Below are positions 1 to 14,149 of a DNA stretch of 64,000 nt, one piece after another. How positions within the stretch are numbered: the first letter of the stretch is position 1; each line of letters starts with the position of its first letter. The stretch is from Macrostomum lignano (lineage: Eukaryota): contig NIVC01000061.1 of NCBI GenBank assembly GCA_002269645.1, positions 1,054,001 to 1,118,000 of the forward strand, written 5' to 3'. The notes beneath the pieces are model-generated. The model worked only from the letters and a program-made list of their open reading frames with translations. It did not search any database and was not told where the DNA came from. A program made the translations under genes and the position numbers.

Positions 1-3000
1 TGGACTAATATCAAAAAACTTTTTAGCACTTAAATGCAACATTTTAATCTTAAATTATAGTCTTCTGCCATAGCTTTATCTATGGCTACAGGATCCTATG
101 GCAAATATGGTAAAATAGGCGCCTATGGCAGCTATGGATACGCCTATGGTAGCTAGCTGCTCTTATGGCTACAACTACAGAAATGTAGTAGTTGCTATCA
201 CATACATGCGCAACCCACCTGATTTACACTGGCCATGCGACTTACTTTTAGACCAAAAATGTGACTTACCTATAAAAGAAACCCTAACACAATTTTGGGT
301 AAACACCAGGAGTAACTATGACTGTCTTATAAGGGCTAAATGCCTCGTCATCTAATTAGTACTACGTTTGTATTCTTTAGGCTGGCCATTTTTGCGACTT
401 ACCCCTGGTCCACCACAATTTACGGTGGCCAGATTGGCCAGGTCGGCCAGCAGTTGCGCATGTATGTGCTATCATATTCTGTAGATTCCCATAGCTGTAG
501 TTCTTAATTTAAAAAATTGAAAAAAATATTATAAAGAAATAGAGTAAAACAAAGATACTTTAGTAAACTTTATTATCAACTTAGAAACTTAAAGAAAATA
601 CCTAATAAAGTACAATAAAACACTAGCAAACTCTAATTTTCATTAATGTGAAAAAGTTCTGCATTAGTACTTTCAGTAGCAATTAAGTATTGTTGCTTTG
701 TAAAAAGATAAAATATAATCTTACAAAGGCAATCACGTGTTTCTTTTATTTTTAACTTAATTTGCAGTTGTTTAAGCACAAGGTTATTTTCTTGATTCAA
801 AATAGTTTATTTTTTAGACTTTATATTAAAACTATGGCTACAGCTATAGGAACTACAGGAATATGGTCCCTATGGCTATGGAATATGGAGAATTGAAATA
901 AGCCATAGTTTTGCTTACGGCTATAGTACATGGATCCTCTTTATGGCAGAACACTATTAAATTTTTTTTATTGTCTACATTATTTTAATTTTCTTAAAAT
1001 TTAATAATGTTTATTATTAAAAACATCTATGATATTAGAAAAAGTACATTTATTGCTAATAAAAAATTGAGTATTTTTGGCGCAAGGTAAATCTGCTTTT
1101 TGGCACACAGCACATATATCTTTTTTATCTAAAAATATTCTAGTACATAGTTGACATGATCTTGCCTATGGTGCATAGCCAGTATAAATCAAGGGCATTG
1201 CCCCATGTATAGTGCCTAAGGCTAATATTGCCTAAGACTGCCTAAGACTAAAGGTAAAAAAATAAGCCCTTTTTAATAAATTATTTATGCCTACTACTAG
1301 AATAGTTCAATGACAATAGGCATAACTTTATCAAACAGAATCAAAAAATAAAAAGGACTAGATATATGTTATAATTATAACATGTCCTTGACCTTAAATT
1401 AACTAAGTTGAGAAGCATATATGCACTGCTAAACTGAATACAATATCTTAAGATAATACATTTTAGGCCTAATGCTAGGTTTTTTAGCTAAATGGGTACC
1501 ATGGAATCTCAAAATTTTATTTGGCACCTTGAATTTGGACCCATTGGCCATAGTGCTAAAGAAGTGAATATATATTTTTATAGGCCCTAATAGAATCTTT
1601 TATTTTTGTGCCTTTTATATATTTTTAAATTATATTCTCAAATTAGACCTTAGTCATAGACTTTAGACAATTTTGCATTTTAGGCCTAATTCTAGCAAAA
1701 AAGAAAAAACCTACCTTAGATCTAGACTAGGTTTTTTTATGCAATAATATTCCAATAGATAGCAATGCTATATATGCTTGGGCACAACCTAGGGATTCAT
1801 CTGGCCATTCTATTGGTAACACACACACACACACACACACATGTAGGTTGCTATTAGATAGAATAGTAGTCACATAACTGCTCTCAGCCAATAGCGACTT
1901 ACATGTCTATGTTGCCAATAGAAATAGCCAAGTGATTCCCAATGTTGTGCATATATGATGCTATAGGCCCTATAATATCTTGACTTTCCAAATCCAATTC
2001 ATCCAAATATATACTAAATTCTAAAATCAGACCTTGGAAGTTAGATGCAATTTTTCATCTTAGTGCCAGCAAAAAAACCCAGGATAGAATAAAGATAAGA
2101 TCATTGAAGTATAGTATGTATATAGAATATAGCTGTGTAGGGTAGGGATTGTCTCATTTTAACCTTTGTTAATAAAAAAAGTTGAATGAATAACAAGTCT
2201 AACAACCATTTTAAGACTTAAAAACTTTATAATTTAATTTTTTTTAATGAGCATTAATGGTTAGGCCTAACCTAAAATATTGATGAATGCCACTTAGCAC
2301 CCTGATTTCTGATTTAGCACCCTTTTTGGTACTAAATGGCGCCAAGATTTTGAGAAAAAACCAAGTCAGGACTCAGGAGGCTCTAAATGAATAGGAATGT
2401 TACACATTACTGTGCCTAGGGCTACAAGCTAGGACTTCACTACAGCTAGCTAGTACTACAAAGTCGTCGAGTTGATACATGAAAAATAACTGTGACTAGG
2501 CCTATAGGCTACAGCCTACAGACTATAGTGTAGCTTAGTAGCTACAGTACAGTGTAGCTGGTAAGCTGGAGCTATTCCTAAACTTTTTAATATTAAACGT
2601 TGAACGCATAGACACATTTTTGTTTTCTGAATAAAGCTTTTAAGTCGACTCCACATTTGTCTATCGGTTGATTCGTTAGCATACTCGTAATTTAATTTGA
2701 AGCGAAAAAAATACTGACGAGCCCGTATAAGAATATATTTTTGTTTTCGTTTTCGTGCCGCGATAACAGCTGTCTGACGCAGCATAACTTTTCGAGAGTA
2801 GTCAGTTCTAAAAATCAGTAACTTTATACGGAGATAAGAAAGAAGAATTAACAACTTTGAAAACATTAGCAGCATTTATTAAAAGCAATAACTTTTGTGT
2901 AATCCAAACCCGGAAGACTTGTATTAATCATCCCCCCACCCCCTAAAGCCAAGTTTGAAGTACTTGTATAAGATAAACTCAAATGTATATTTGCTGTTCG

Positions 3001-3809
3001 ATTACCTACTTATTTATAGATTTAAACGTTAAGTCTAAATCTCGACAACGAACTGATGACGGTTCAGGCCCTTAAGACGAACGTATGTAGAATGTTAATG
3101 TCGTTACTTTCGAAACTATTCGTATTTTAAAGAATCAACACTTTAATTCAAAACAAGTGATTTGGACTACTTCATATAATAAATATATTGCACATTTATT
3201 ATATGTACAAGCCACAGAAAGTACACTGCAAAACAATGAGGTACGACAAGTATAAAAATTTATACAACAATAAAGACCACTCAATAAAACATATGGAGCT
3301 TCGAAAACACGTACGAGTAAATAACAAAAAACCATAAGTTAAATCAAACCAAAGCTTAATATACACGTTCGGGTCAAACGCACGTCAGTGTAAAATGTAC
3401 AAGTGCGAATTGTATTTTGTAACATATAGGTAAGTCCACGCGTGTCCTTAAATTAATTTACTTTAATTAAAATAAAACAGTTGCTTAGTGAAAAATTGGC
3501 CATCTGAGCCTACTTAGTCAGAAAATCAGAGTTATATGTAACTATCCGATATGTAGTGCAAATATTTTTTGTACTACGAAAGTACAATCAGGGACGACTT
3601 AATTAGGACAAAAACTCCAGTTTCTTAGAAAATTTCTGAAAGCTAATTTTACACGAAAAAACACTTCGACATCGAATGCTCAAACTTTAGAATAGCATCT
3701 GTTTTACTGGCTCTGCACTTGATCGGTAGTGTAAATTTACGCGTGAAACCAGCCCTCGAAGATTTTTTTAAGAAGTTTGCAGTCCTTGATGAGTAAAAAC
3801 AAATAAATC

Positions 3810-6800
3810 TCACACGGGCGCAGTTAGTGGAGTAGACAGCGCCAGCATAATTGCCTGATAATCGTCCATAATCTCCGCCTCGGTGAGCTGGTAGACAATC
3901 ACGGGGCCGCTGGTGGTGACGGGCCGGGGCAGCTGCTCGGAAGACGCAGTGGGCGAGGCCAGCGACTCGTTGCACTGAGAATCGGCGGCGGCAGATGCCG
4001 GATGCGACAGGGACTGCGGATGTTGCGATTGGCGAACCTTACCGCCGGCTGCAAGGCAAAATGAAATTACATACATGCATACAGCTAGAGGTACGGACGG
4101 GATCAACATTATTGGTGGGATCTAATCGTCGGGCATGTACACTCGCTGTGCCTTGGGGGTTGGCCCTCATGGTTGTAAACCTCCTAGCCAATATTTTGTG
4201 CAACAAGCCACAAACGAATGTGGGGCCGCGCACGGAATCGAACCAGGGGTCATTGGGCGAGAGTCAGCCGCGTTTATCGCTGGGCTTCTCTGATTTTAAC
4301 AGCATTATTTAGAATCTAATTTAGAATCTAAAGTAATTCTAAAAAGCACAGACAATTACCGTGGTTTAACTGCCCGGACTGGTGACGCGAGCCAGCAGCC
4401 AGATGGTTGCTAATCTGCTGATTAATCTGTGCTCGAAGCCGCTCTTCAAGCAGTTTCCGATCCCATTCGAGTTGGGTCTCGGCCCACTGCAGCTCGCACT
4501 CCAGATAGTGCCTGCGAGTGTTTAACCAGCATTTAGCAGTTTGTCTTTGAGAATCGCCCTAAACTGGCACAGAGAATCGCCCTAAACTGGCAAATGGAAT
4601 CGCCCCAAACTGGCACATAGAATCGCCCTAAACTGGCACATAGAAGCATAGAGAATCGCCCTAAACTGGCACATAGAAGCATAGAGAATCGCCCTAAATT
4701 GGCAGAGAATCGCCCTAAAATGGCAAATGGAATCGCCTCAAACTGGCACAGAGAATCGCCCTAAACTGGCACAGAGAATCGCCCTAAACTGGCAGAGAAT
4801 CGCCCAAAACTGGCACATAGTTCAATCGCCCTAAACTGGCAAATGGAATCGCCCCAAACTGGCACAGAGAATCGCCCTAAACTGGCACAGAGAATCGCCC
4901 TAAACTGGCACAGAGAATCGCCCTAAACTGGCAGAGAATCGCCCAAAACTGGCACATCGTTCAATCGCCCTAAACTGGCAAATGGAATCGCCCCAAACTG
5001 GCACAGAGAATCGCCCTAAACTGGCATAGAGAATCACTGGCACATAGAATCCCTCTAAACTGGCATAGAGAATCTCCCTAAACTGGCACAGAGAATCGCC
5101 CTAAACTGGCACAGAGAATCGCCCTAAACTGGCAGAGAATCGCCCAAAACTGGCACATAGTTCAATCGCCCTAAACTGGCAAATGGAATCGCCCCAAACT
5201 GGCACAGAGAATCGCCCTAAACTGGCACAGAGAATCGCCCTAAACTGGCACATAGAATCCCTCTAAACTGGCATAGAGAATCTCCCTAAACTGGCACAGA
5301 GAATCGCCCTAAACTGGCATAGAGAATCGCCCTAAACTGGCACAGAGAATCGCCCTAAACTGGCATAGAGAATCGCCCTAAACTGGCACAGAGAATCGCC
5401 CTAAACTGGCACATAGAAGCATAGAGAATCGCCCTAAATTGGCAGAGAATCGCCCTAAAATGGCACAGAGAATCGCCCTAAAATGGCAAATGGAATCGCC
5501 TCAAACTGGCAGAGAATCGCCCAAAACTGGCACATAGTTCAATCGCCCTAAACTGGCAAATGGAATCGCCCCAAACTGGCACAGAGAATCGCCCTAAACT
5601 GGCACAGAGAATCGCCCTAAACTGGCACATAGAATCCCTCTAAACTGGCATAGAGAATCTCCCTAAACTGGCACAGAGAATCGCCCTAAACTGGCATAGA
5701 GAATCGCCCTAAACTGGCACAGAGAATCGCCCTAAACTGGCATAGAGAATCGCCCTAAACTGGCACAGAGAATCGCCCTAAACTGGCACATAGAAGCATA
5801 GAGAATCGCCCTAAATTGGCAGAGAATCGCCCTAAAATGGCACAGAGAATCGCCCTAAAATGGCAAATGGAATCGCCCCAAACTGGCAGAGAATCGCCCT
5901 AAACTGGCACATAGAATCACCCTAAACTGGCACATAGAATCGCCCTAAACTGGCATAGAGAATCACTGGCACATAGAATCCCCCTAAACTGGCACAGAGA
6001 ATCGCCCTAAACTGGCACATAGAATCCCTCTAAACTGGCATAGAGAATCTCCCTAAACTGGCATAGAGAATCGCCCTAAACTGGCACAGAGAATCGCCCT
6101 AAACTGGCACAGAGAATCGCCCTAAACTGGCATAGAGAATCGCCCTAAACTGGCACAGAGAATCGCCCTAAACTGGCACAGAGAATCGCCCTAAAATGGC
6201 ACAGAGAATCGCCCTAAAATGGCAAATGGAATCGCCCCAAACTGGCAGAGAATCGCCCTAAACTGGCACAGAGAATCGCCCAAAACTGGCATAGAGAATC
6301 ACTGGCAAATAGAATCTCCCTAAACTGGCATAGAGAATCTCCCTAAACTGGCACATAGAATCGCCCTAAACTGGCAGAGAATCGCCCTAAACTGGCATAG
6401 AGAATCGCCCAAAACTGGCACATAGAATCGCCCTAAACTGGCATAAAGAATCGTCCTAAACTGGCATAGAGAATCGCTCCAAACTGGCACAGAGAATCGC
6501 CCTAAACTGGCATAGAGAATCGCCCTAAACTGGCATAGAGAATCGCCCTAAACTGGCACATAAATTCGCCCTAAACTCGCACATAGAATCGCCCTAAATT
6601 GGCATAAGAGAATCGCCCTAAACTGGCATAAGAGAATAACCCTAAATTGGCACATGGAATCGCCCCAAACTGGCAGAAAATCACCCTAAACTGGCACATG
6701 GAATCGCCCCAAACTGGCACATCAGCACAGGCCATCAGAATAGCCCAGAGCCCCAAGCAAAACTCACTTTGCCGATCGAGTCCTCAACTGTCTTGTCAGT

Positions 6801-7153
6801 TTAGCCACCTGCAGGCGAATGCGACAGTTCTCAGTGAGCTGCGCCAGCGGCTCCAGGTACTCTGGCGCCCGGCCATCAAGCACCTCTTGCTCTTTGGCGC
6901 GCAGAAATGCTAATCTGTCATCGAATAGGTGCGACTTTAGCCGCGAGAATTCCGCCTCAAGATGAGCGATTTCGTCTACATAGTCTATGCGACACTTGTC
7001 GTAATCCGACTCTTCGATGGACACCTGCTGCTGCTGCTGCTGAGACTGATCGAATGATGAAGCATCGGATGCTGCGGTGGCAACACTGGGGGGCCCGTTG
7101 GCAACCAGATTAGGCGGTGGAGACTGCGGAGGCAGTGAAGGCGGCTCCGACAT
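3810..7153 (-). CDS. BRMS1: BRMS1/BRMS1L-like Sin3-HDAC subunit (Sds3 family), 3 exons, 258 aa
   Basis: join(7153..6768, 4511..4360, 4048..3810), GT-AG introns phase 2 and 1, 777 nt. Motifs RAPEYLEPLAQL, KHYLECELQWAETQLE and C-terminal SGPVIVYQLTEAEIMDDYQAI match the BRMS1 family (RAPEYTEPL, KYECELQGA, SGPYIVYML). Confidence 0.9.
4130..4292 (-). mobile_element. tRNA-derived SINE-like copy S1 in BRMS1 intron 2
   Basis: Minus strand: A-box-like AAGCCCAGCGATAA, B box GGTTCGATTCC, followed by GAGGGCCAACCCCCAA..CACAG..AGTGTACATG, shared with the copy at 16.4-16.7 kb and more loosely the copy at 34.3-34.5 kb. Confidence 0.6.
4549..6720. repeat. 22-23 bp minisatellite (GAGAATCGCCCTAAACTGGCACA)n filling BRMS1 intron 1
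   Basis: Direct reading of tandem units with small variants. Confidence 0.97.
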
Positions 7154-7216
7154 CTTCTATGAATTGTTTATTCAGGGCATGAAGCAAGGTTGGGGCGATG
7201 CTATGTGTTGCTATGT

Positions 7217-8851
7217 TGTTAAGGGAGATTCTTTGGGCTGGTTAAGGGAGATTCTATGGGCTGGTTAAGGGAGATTCTTTGGGCTATTAAGGGAGATTCT
7301 ATGAACTGGTTAAGGGAGATTCCATGGGCTGGTTGAGGGAGATTCTATGAGCTGGTTAAGGGAGATTCTATGGGCTGGTTAAGGGAGATTCTATGAGCTG
7401 GTTAAGGGAGATTCTATGGGCTGGTTAAGGGAGATTCTATGAGCTGGTTAAGGGAGATTCTATGGGCTGGTTAAGGGAGATTCTATGGGCTGGTTAAGGG
7501 AGATTCTATGAGCTGGTTAAGGGAGATTCTATGAGCTGGTTAAGGGAGATTCTATGAGCTGGTTAAGGGAGATTCTATGGGCTGGTTAAGGGAGATTCTA
7601 TGGGCTGGTTAAGGGAGATTCTATGGGCTGGTTAAGGGAGATTCTATGGGCTGGTTAAGGGAGATTCTATGAGCTGGTTAAGGGAGATTCTATGGGCTAT
7701 TAAGGGAGATTCTATGAGCTGGTTAAGGGAGATTCTTTGGGCTGGTTAAGGGAGATTCTTTGGGCTGGTTAAGGGAGATTCTTTGGGCTGGTTAAGGGAG
7801 ATTCTATGGACTGGTTAAGGGAGATTCTATGAGCTGGTTAAGGGAGATTCTATGAGCTGGTTAAGGGAGATTCTATGAGCTGGTTAAGGGAGATTCTTTG
7901 GGCTGGTTAAGGGAGATTCTATTGGCTGGTTAAGGGAGATTCTATGGGCTGGTTAAGGGAGATTCTATGGGCTGGTTAAGGGAGATTCTATGAGCTGGTT
8001 AAGAGAGATTCTTTGGGCTGGTTAAGGGAGATTCTATGGGCTGGTTAAGGGAGATTCTATGGGCTGGTTAAGGGAGATTCTATGAGCTTGTTAAGGGAGA
8101 TTCTATGAGCTGGTTAAGAGAGATTCTTTGGGCTGGTTAAGGGAGATTCTATGGGCTGGTTAAGGGAGATTCTATGGGCTGGTTAAGGGAGATTCTATGG
8201 GCTGGTTAAGGGAGATTCTATGAGCTGGTTAAGGGAGATTCTTTGGGCTGGTTAAGGGAGATTCTATGAGCTGGTTAAGGGAGATTCTATGAGCTGATTA
8301 AGGGAGATTCTATGGGCTGGTTGAGGGAGATTCTATGAGCTGGTTAAGGGAGATTCTATGGGCTGGTTAAGGGAGATTCTATGAGCTGGTTAAGGGAGAT
8401 TCTATGAGCTGGTTAAGGGTGATTCTATGAGCTGGTTAAGGGAGATTCTATGGGCTGGTTAAGGGAGATTCTATGAGCTGGTTAAGGGAGATTCTATGGG
8501 CTGGTTAAGGGAGATTCTATGAGCTGGTTAAGGGAGATTCTATGGGCTGGTTGAGGGAGATTCTATGAGCTGGTTAAGGGAGATTCTATGGGCTGGTTAA
8601 GGGAGATTCTATGAGCTGGTTAAGGGAGATTCTATGGGCTGGTTAAGGGAGATTCTATGAGCTGGTTAAGGGAGATTCTATGAGCTGGTTAAGGGAGATT
8701 CTATGAGCTGGTTAAGGGTGATTCTATGAGCTGGTTAAGGGAGATTCTATGGGCTGGTTAAGGGAGATTCTATGAGCTGGTTAAGGGAGATTCTATGGGC
8801 TGGTTAAGGGAGATTCTATGAGCTGGTTAAGGGAGATTCTATGGGCTGGTT
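7217..8851. repeat. 23 bp minisatellite (GGTTAAGGGAGATTCTATG[G/A]GCT)n
   Basis: Homogeneous tandem units; reverse complement resembles the 4549-6720 unit. Confidence 0.97.
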
Positions 8852-9462
8852 AACAGCTGATTATCACAGGTGTCAAAGAATAACAAGACAAAGCGCCGAC
8901 CGCCATATCACTAACATACAAAATGTGACGCAGACAAAGTGATTCGGTCAGTATTATATTATATTAAAATGCTATTGAATGATTTCACGCAGTTTCAAGT
9001 CTTACAGAAACGAGCTTCAAAATACTACAGCAAAATAGATTTCAGCAATTAAAGGAAAAACGCATACTACTTTAAGTAGAAACAAAAAATGTTGCAACGA
9101 CTTTTGTTACTGAGAGAAACAGAAACTTAGAAAAATATTGAAGCTATTTAAGAATATTAGACTAGAGCATCCAAATTCGCATTTTTGGAGCCTAATAATT
9201 ATTGGACCTGTGAGATTACTGGGGTAATAAGCGAAATACAAAACTGTAATACACACAAAATAGAAAAGTAGCAATTAATTAATAAAACTAGCGCATGCAA
9301 TATTTACTTCTAATGGGTGCTGCTAGTGCAGTCAATGGTGGAATAGCTGTGCAACATTATCTACAGTGATAGTTTGCAATAGGCAAGTAACCAATACAAG
9401 CACTATTAACCAAGTAAGTAATTTGTTTTTAACATTGACAATGCTGAGTTCATTCCAGCTGC

Positions 9463-10657
9463 TCAGAGGAAGGATTGACTCCATTCGGTCAAAGCTTTGA
9501 AGCAGTCTCCAGCCTGCTTGGCGTTGGCGCCGGACTGGTCCTTCAGCCAGTCTGTGAACATCTCCTCGTCTTTCTTCACGACCAGAAACTGGCCAAGGAC
9601 AACGTAGGCCTGCGTTGGCAGTTGGGGAGATGAGGACTACTGAATGCGAGATGCTGGTTTGCAATGTTGAGATACTCCTTCCCCCATGATGATTACATTG
9701 GGCTGCTACCTTCCCTATTATGATTACAGTGGGCTGCTACCTTCCCTATTATGATTACAGTGGGCTGCTACCTTCCCTATTATGATTACAGTGGGCTGCT
9801 ACCTTCCCTATTATGATTACAGTGGGCTGCTACCTTCCCTATTATGATTACAGTGGGCTGCTACCTTCCCTATTATGATTACAGTGGGCTGCTACCTTCC
9901 CTATTATGATTACAGTGGGCTGCTACCTTCCCTATTATGATTACAGTGGGCTGCTACCTTCCCTATTATGATTACAGTGGGCTGCTACCTTCCCTATTAT
10001 GATTACAGTGGGCTGCTACCTTCCCTATTATGATTACAGTGGGCTGCTACCTTCCCTATTATGATTACAGTGGGCTGCTACCTTCCCTATTATGATTACA
10101 GTGGGCTGCTACCTTCCCTATTATGATTACAGTGGGCTGCTACCTTCCCTATTATGATTACATTGGGCTGCTACCTTCCCTATTATGATTACAGTGGGCT
10201 GCTACCTTCCCCCATGATGATTAAAGTGGGCTGCTATCTTCCCCCAAGATGATTACAGTGGGCTGCTACCTTCCCTCATGATGATTACAGTGGGCTGCTA
10301 CCCACCAAATGAGGCTTACAGTGGGTTGCTACCCTCCAAATGAGGCTTACAGTGGGCTGCTACCCTCCAAATGAGGCTTACAGTGGGTTGCTACCCTCCA
10401 AATGAGGCTTACAGTGGGCTGCTACCCTCCAAATGAGGCTTACAGTGGGTTGCTACCCTCCAAATGAGGCTTACAGTGGGTTGCTACCCCAGCCTAGCCA
10501 GCCTTAGCGTCCTTGATGATGCCCACAGCCTTACCTTATCACAGCCATGATCCACCAGCCTCTGGCCAAGTTTTTCGCCAATGCCAGGCAACTCTGTGAC
10601 AGGCTTGTCACCCATCGGCTCGGCAACAAAGTTTTTATGCTTCTGAGATGTCGACAT
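9463..10657 (-). CDS. BANF1: Barrier-to-autointegration factor, 2 exons, 89 aa (absent from ORF track in correct frame)
   Basis: join(10657..10535, 9609..9463): [93 protein letters not shown] phase 0, length typical of BAF. Confidence 0.97.
9680..10490. repeat. 31 bp minisatellite in BAF intron, two sub-arrays
   Basis: (GGGCTGCTACCTTCCCTATTATGATTACAGT)n switching at about 10290 to (GGGTTGCTACCCTCCAAATGAGGCTTACAGT)n. Confidence 0.95.
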
Positions 10658-11128
10658 GGCTGACTAATTGAAGTGGCTTGCACTAGACTGAAAAATTTAC
10701 AAACTGCATTAATGTGTGAGGAACTACAAACATCAGACATAATGTGTGAACTATCTGACACACTACCGTATGTGCAACCTGATTTTTACCTGGCTAGTGC
10801 AACATAGCTCTGCTTCACATGCAATTAAAATTTATTCTCTCTCTGACCTAAAATATTTCAATTTATTTCTTTTTGATCACTAAATGCAAGTTTCTCCTTT
10901 TTTCTACTTTCTGCATATTTTTCTTTTGTTTTTATCAAAAGCAAAGTTTGATAACAAATGTGCTAGACTTTGCCCCTCTGAAACTATTCTAGAGTCAGTT
11001 GAGAATAGGCTACAGGACTCCAAACTTCTTGGAGAAGTGACACCTTGAGCTTTTTCAATGTGATTGTGTGGCTTGTCAGAAAGCATTTTGCATTCTCATT
11101 GGAAAAGTTATGCACCTGCAGAGGCATA

Positions 11129-11553
11129 AAAGGTGAGCAAGGTGCACAAAAGAGGCACCTTAGTGGCCTATTTCGTGTGTGTTTTGGAAATGCACCTGAG
11201 TGCACCTTTTATGCTTAAATGTCACCAATATTTTTGAAAAGAGGCATAAAAGGTGTAAAATCGGTGAAGTGGTCAGGCAGTAGGTGAATTCACAATTTTG
11301 ATTGGTTGCGGCCATAAGGGGCAGTAAAGGTGCATAAGAGGCACTAGAGGTGCACAAAAGGTGAACAGGCTTACAAGTGAGGCACGGCAGGTGTAGGAAA
11401 GGTGCTGAAGGGGCACAGAAAGTGCACGAAAGGTGATTTAGAGGTGCATAAGGTGTACATGTGCAGCATAAATATGTATACAGATGCATTTCCAAAACAC
11501 ACTCAAAATAGACCCTTAAAGTGCCGCCTCTTTTGTGCACCTCGCTTACTTTT
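11129..11553. mobile_element. Degenerate foldback/MITE-like element
   Basis: About 65 bp imperfect inverted repeats (11129-11194 vs 11485-11553) containing GGTGCACAAAAGAGGC and GTGTGTTTTGGAAATGCA; no TSD found. Confidence 0.45.
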
Positions 11554-14149
11554 CATGATTATGCATGAATTAACGCATTAATAATTTGTAACAAAAAATT
11601 AACTGAGAGTTACATACTTGTACATTGCATGCACAGATTGGACAAAGAAGTTTTATTTACACCTATACTAATCACTGCTATCCCCTTCCTGATCCTGACA
11701 AACCACAAAACCAAACATTTCCTGTACTGATAAGTTTTAATGACTTTTAAATACTTAGGAAAAGTCCCAAAAAGTGATGAAAAGGTTTGAATTAGTAAGG
11801 AAAATTTTTGAATAGTAAGAAAAGGTAGCAAAGAACTTTGCCAGTTGAAACTTTAATGCCCCTTGCATTGCCTCTATGCCTAAAGTGCCAACTGTGCACC
11901 TTTTATTCACCTTTCGTGCCTACGGTGCACACTATACACTTTTTATGCAACTCCACCACAGCACACCTTTTTTCACTTTTCACTCCACCAATGCCTCTGA
12001 TTCCTACTTTGTTCACCCTTTGTGCCTTAATGCACACTGTGCACCTTTTAAGCACCTAAATCCCCTACAACACCTGAGCCCCTACTGCCTAGTTCGTGCC
12101 TTAAATTTACCTTCTGACCTTGCAGAGGCACGCAGGTGAACAAAATGTGCACAGGTGGTACAAAATAGGCATAAGAAAGGCAAAAGTAAGGCAGAAGGTG
12201 CAAAACTCTTCACTTTTAAAAACTCAAAATCCAATGGGATTGTGTGGCAAGTCTTAAATCAAAAAGACAAGCAAGCTTTTCATTTAGACAAACATAAGCA
12301 AGGCAATATATAGTGTATATCTATAAAGCCTATGCTTTAAAATGACCCAAAGATTTCAATTCTGCACCTTTTCTATTGCCAAATAGTCTCTAGTCTCTAA
12401 GTAAGTCAGTTAAATAGTTTGCAAAAAGACCCATTGGTTGCCATTATTTTGTTGCTATATTAGTTAAAGTCTATAAAATACTATTGCCACTTAACTTTAT
12501 AAAGCAGACATTAAACATGCAGAATTGCAGATTTAAGTAGGAATTTAACATGTTCACATTTGTTGAATTACTAGGCATAGCACTTGAAAAATACACGGAC
12601 GGGAATATTTATGAAAATGCTATGTTGCACTAGGACTAGTAATATCATTGGACTTGGAGCTTAATAAAGACTATTTTAATGGCTTCCAAGGCTTAGTAGA
12701 TTGCTCTAGCTAATGAGTGATAGCCTTTGATTCTAAGCAGACTACTTTGGTGGCTCCCAAGGCTTAGTAGACTACTAAAATGGCCTTTGAAAATATGGAT
12801 TAAAGCAAATAAAGCAAACAATAAGGTTATAATTTTTTTACTAAATAGAGAATAGAGCCTCAAAATATAGGATATTTAGGTTTTATTTTGCTTTTACTAT
12901 TTTACTTTGAACCATTTATCAATATCTAATTTCCAAACTTCTAATTTTGATTTAAAGCCAAAAACTATTTAAATTTAATAAGCCTAGTCTAATAGAAAAT
13001 TATTTTTATTTCTTGGCCTTATTAATTAAATTAAAGCTGAATAAAAAATTGATAACAACATAGGCCTAGACTAATGGTTAGGCCATGCCAAGAATAACTT
13101 TTATTGTACTATAACTATAAAGTTATGGTTATGCACTGATTTCAAATTAAAAAAATATTAACATTTGACATAGGTTTATATGGCATTAAAATTGGCTCTA
13201 TAGAACATTTATAGAGGTTAGGCATTATTATTATTAGTATCAAATTGAATTAGCTTAAAATTTCTTTTTTTCTTATTTTTTACCTAGGCCTTAATCTACT
13301 TACCTATTCATAGTTGAGTCTAGACATGCTAGGCTACAACTCTAGTAGGTAGGCATCTTTTCTTAATCTTAGGGAAAATGTCAATAGGCCTTAACTTACC
13401 TCTGGCTCTAATCCACACTGTGAAGATAATGTTAGCGAGTCCTGTGAGCTAAGCTATATACAAGGTAGGAAAAATTGAAAAATGTAAAAAAGGTATCAAT
13501 TTAAAAAATGAATAAAATAAAAACTATATACAGTATAAAGAAGCCACAATATAAACTAAAAAGCTGATGAATGCTACTTTTTGGTGAGTGTCTGATTCTT
13601 TAAATCGTGCAAGTAGGAAAAAGTTATACTTAGTCAAACTTTATACATTTTGTACTTAATTTATTAAACGAAGCCGAAAAATAGGAAAAACACGAAAACA
13701 TGCTTCTAGAAAATTGAAAATCATTGCAAAATTGAAGGACTATAACACAAGGTAGTGAACACAATGGAATATAAACATATTTGAATACAAAAAACTAAAG
13801 AAAATTTTCTAAATTTTTTTCATGTACCCTTATAAGAGGCCAACAAAATTTTGTTTTTGAGTTTTTGTCCTTTGAAAAACCATCAATGGAACTTTTGAAT
13901 GATGCTTTCTATTATACTAGCAACATAGTTTCTAATGTTGAAAACTGCTTATTAATATGTATTCCCGCATACTTTGGCTTACTGATATCTAGATTAGGTG
14001 GGTGGGTGAACCATCTATTGGCACTGGCACAAACAAAGAAAGTTTTTTCTAGGCCCTAGTGTAGATATTGAGATAATAGGGCCTACATCATCTATACTGA
14101 ACTGACTATGGGCCATAGTTTGGATTGCGTATTAATGACAATGTATACC

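Noticed and set aside
3045-3125. Hammerhead ribozyme at CTGATGA
   Set aside because: No convincing stem II-GAAA or stem I/III pairing found by eye.
1-3600. AT-rich region with short ORFs (125-355, 2516-2875, 3135-3335)
   Set aside because: No recognisable domain, TIR or TSD; probably decayed repeat or intergenic DNA.
3810-4109. ORF 3810-4109 as a stand-alone secreted peptide
   Set aside because: The hydrophobic start is intron sequence; from 4048 it is BRMS1 exon 3 in the correct phase.
4200-4292. tRNA genes (also 33960, 16560-16660, 34440-34525)
   Set aside because: B boxes are present but I could not build full acceptor or anticodon stems, and they continue into shared repeat bodies; treated as SINE heads.
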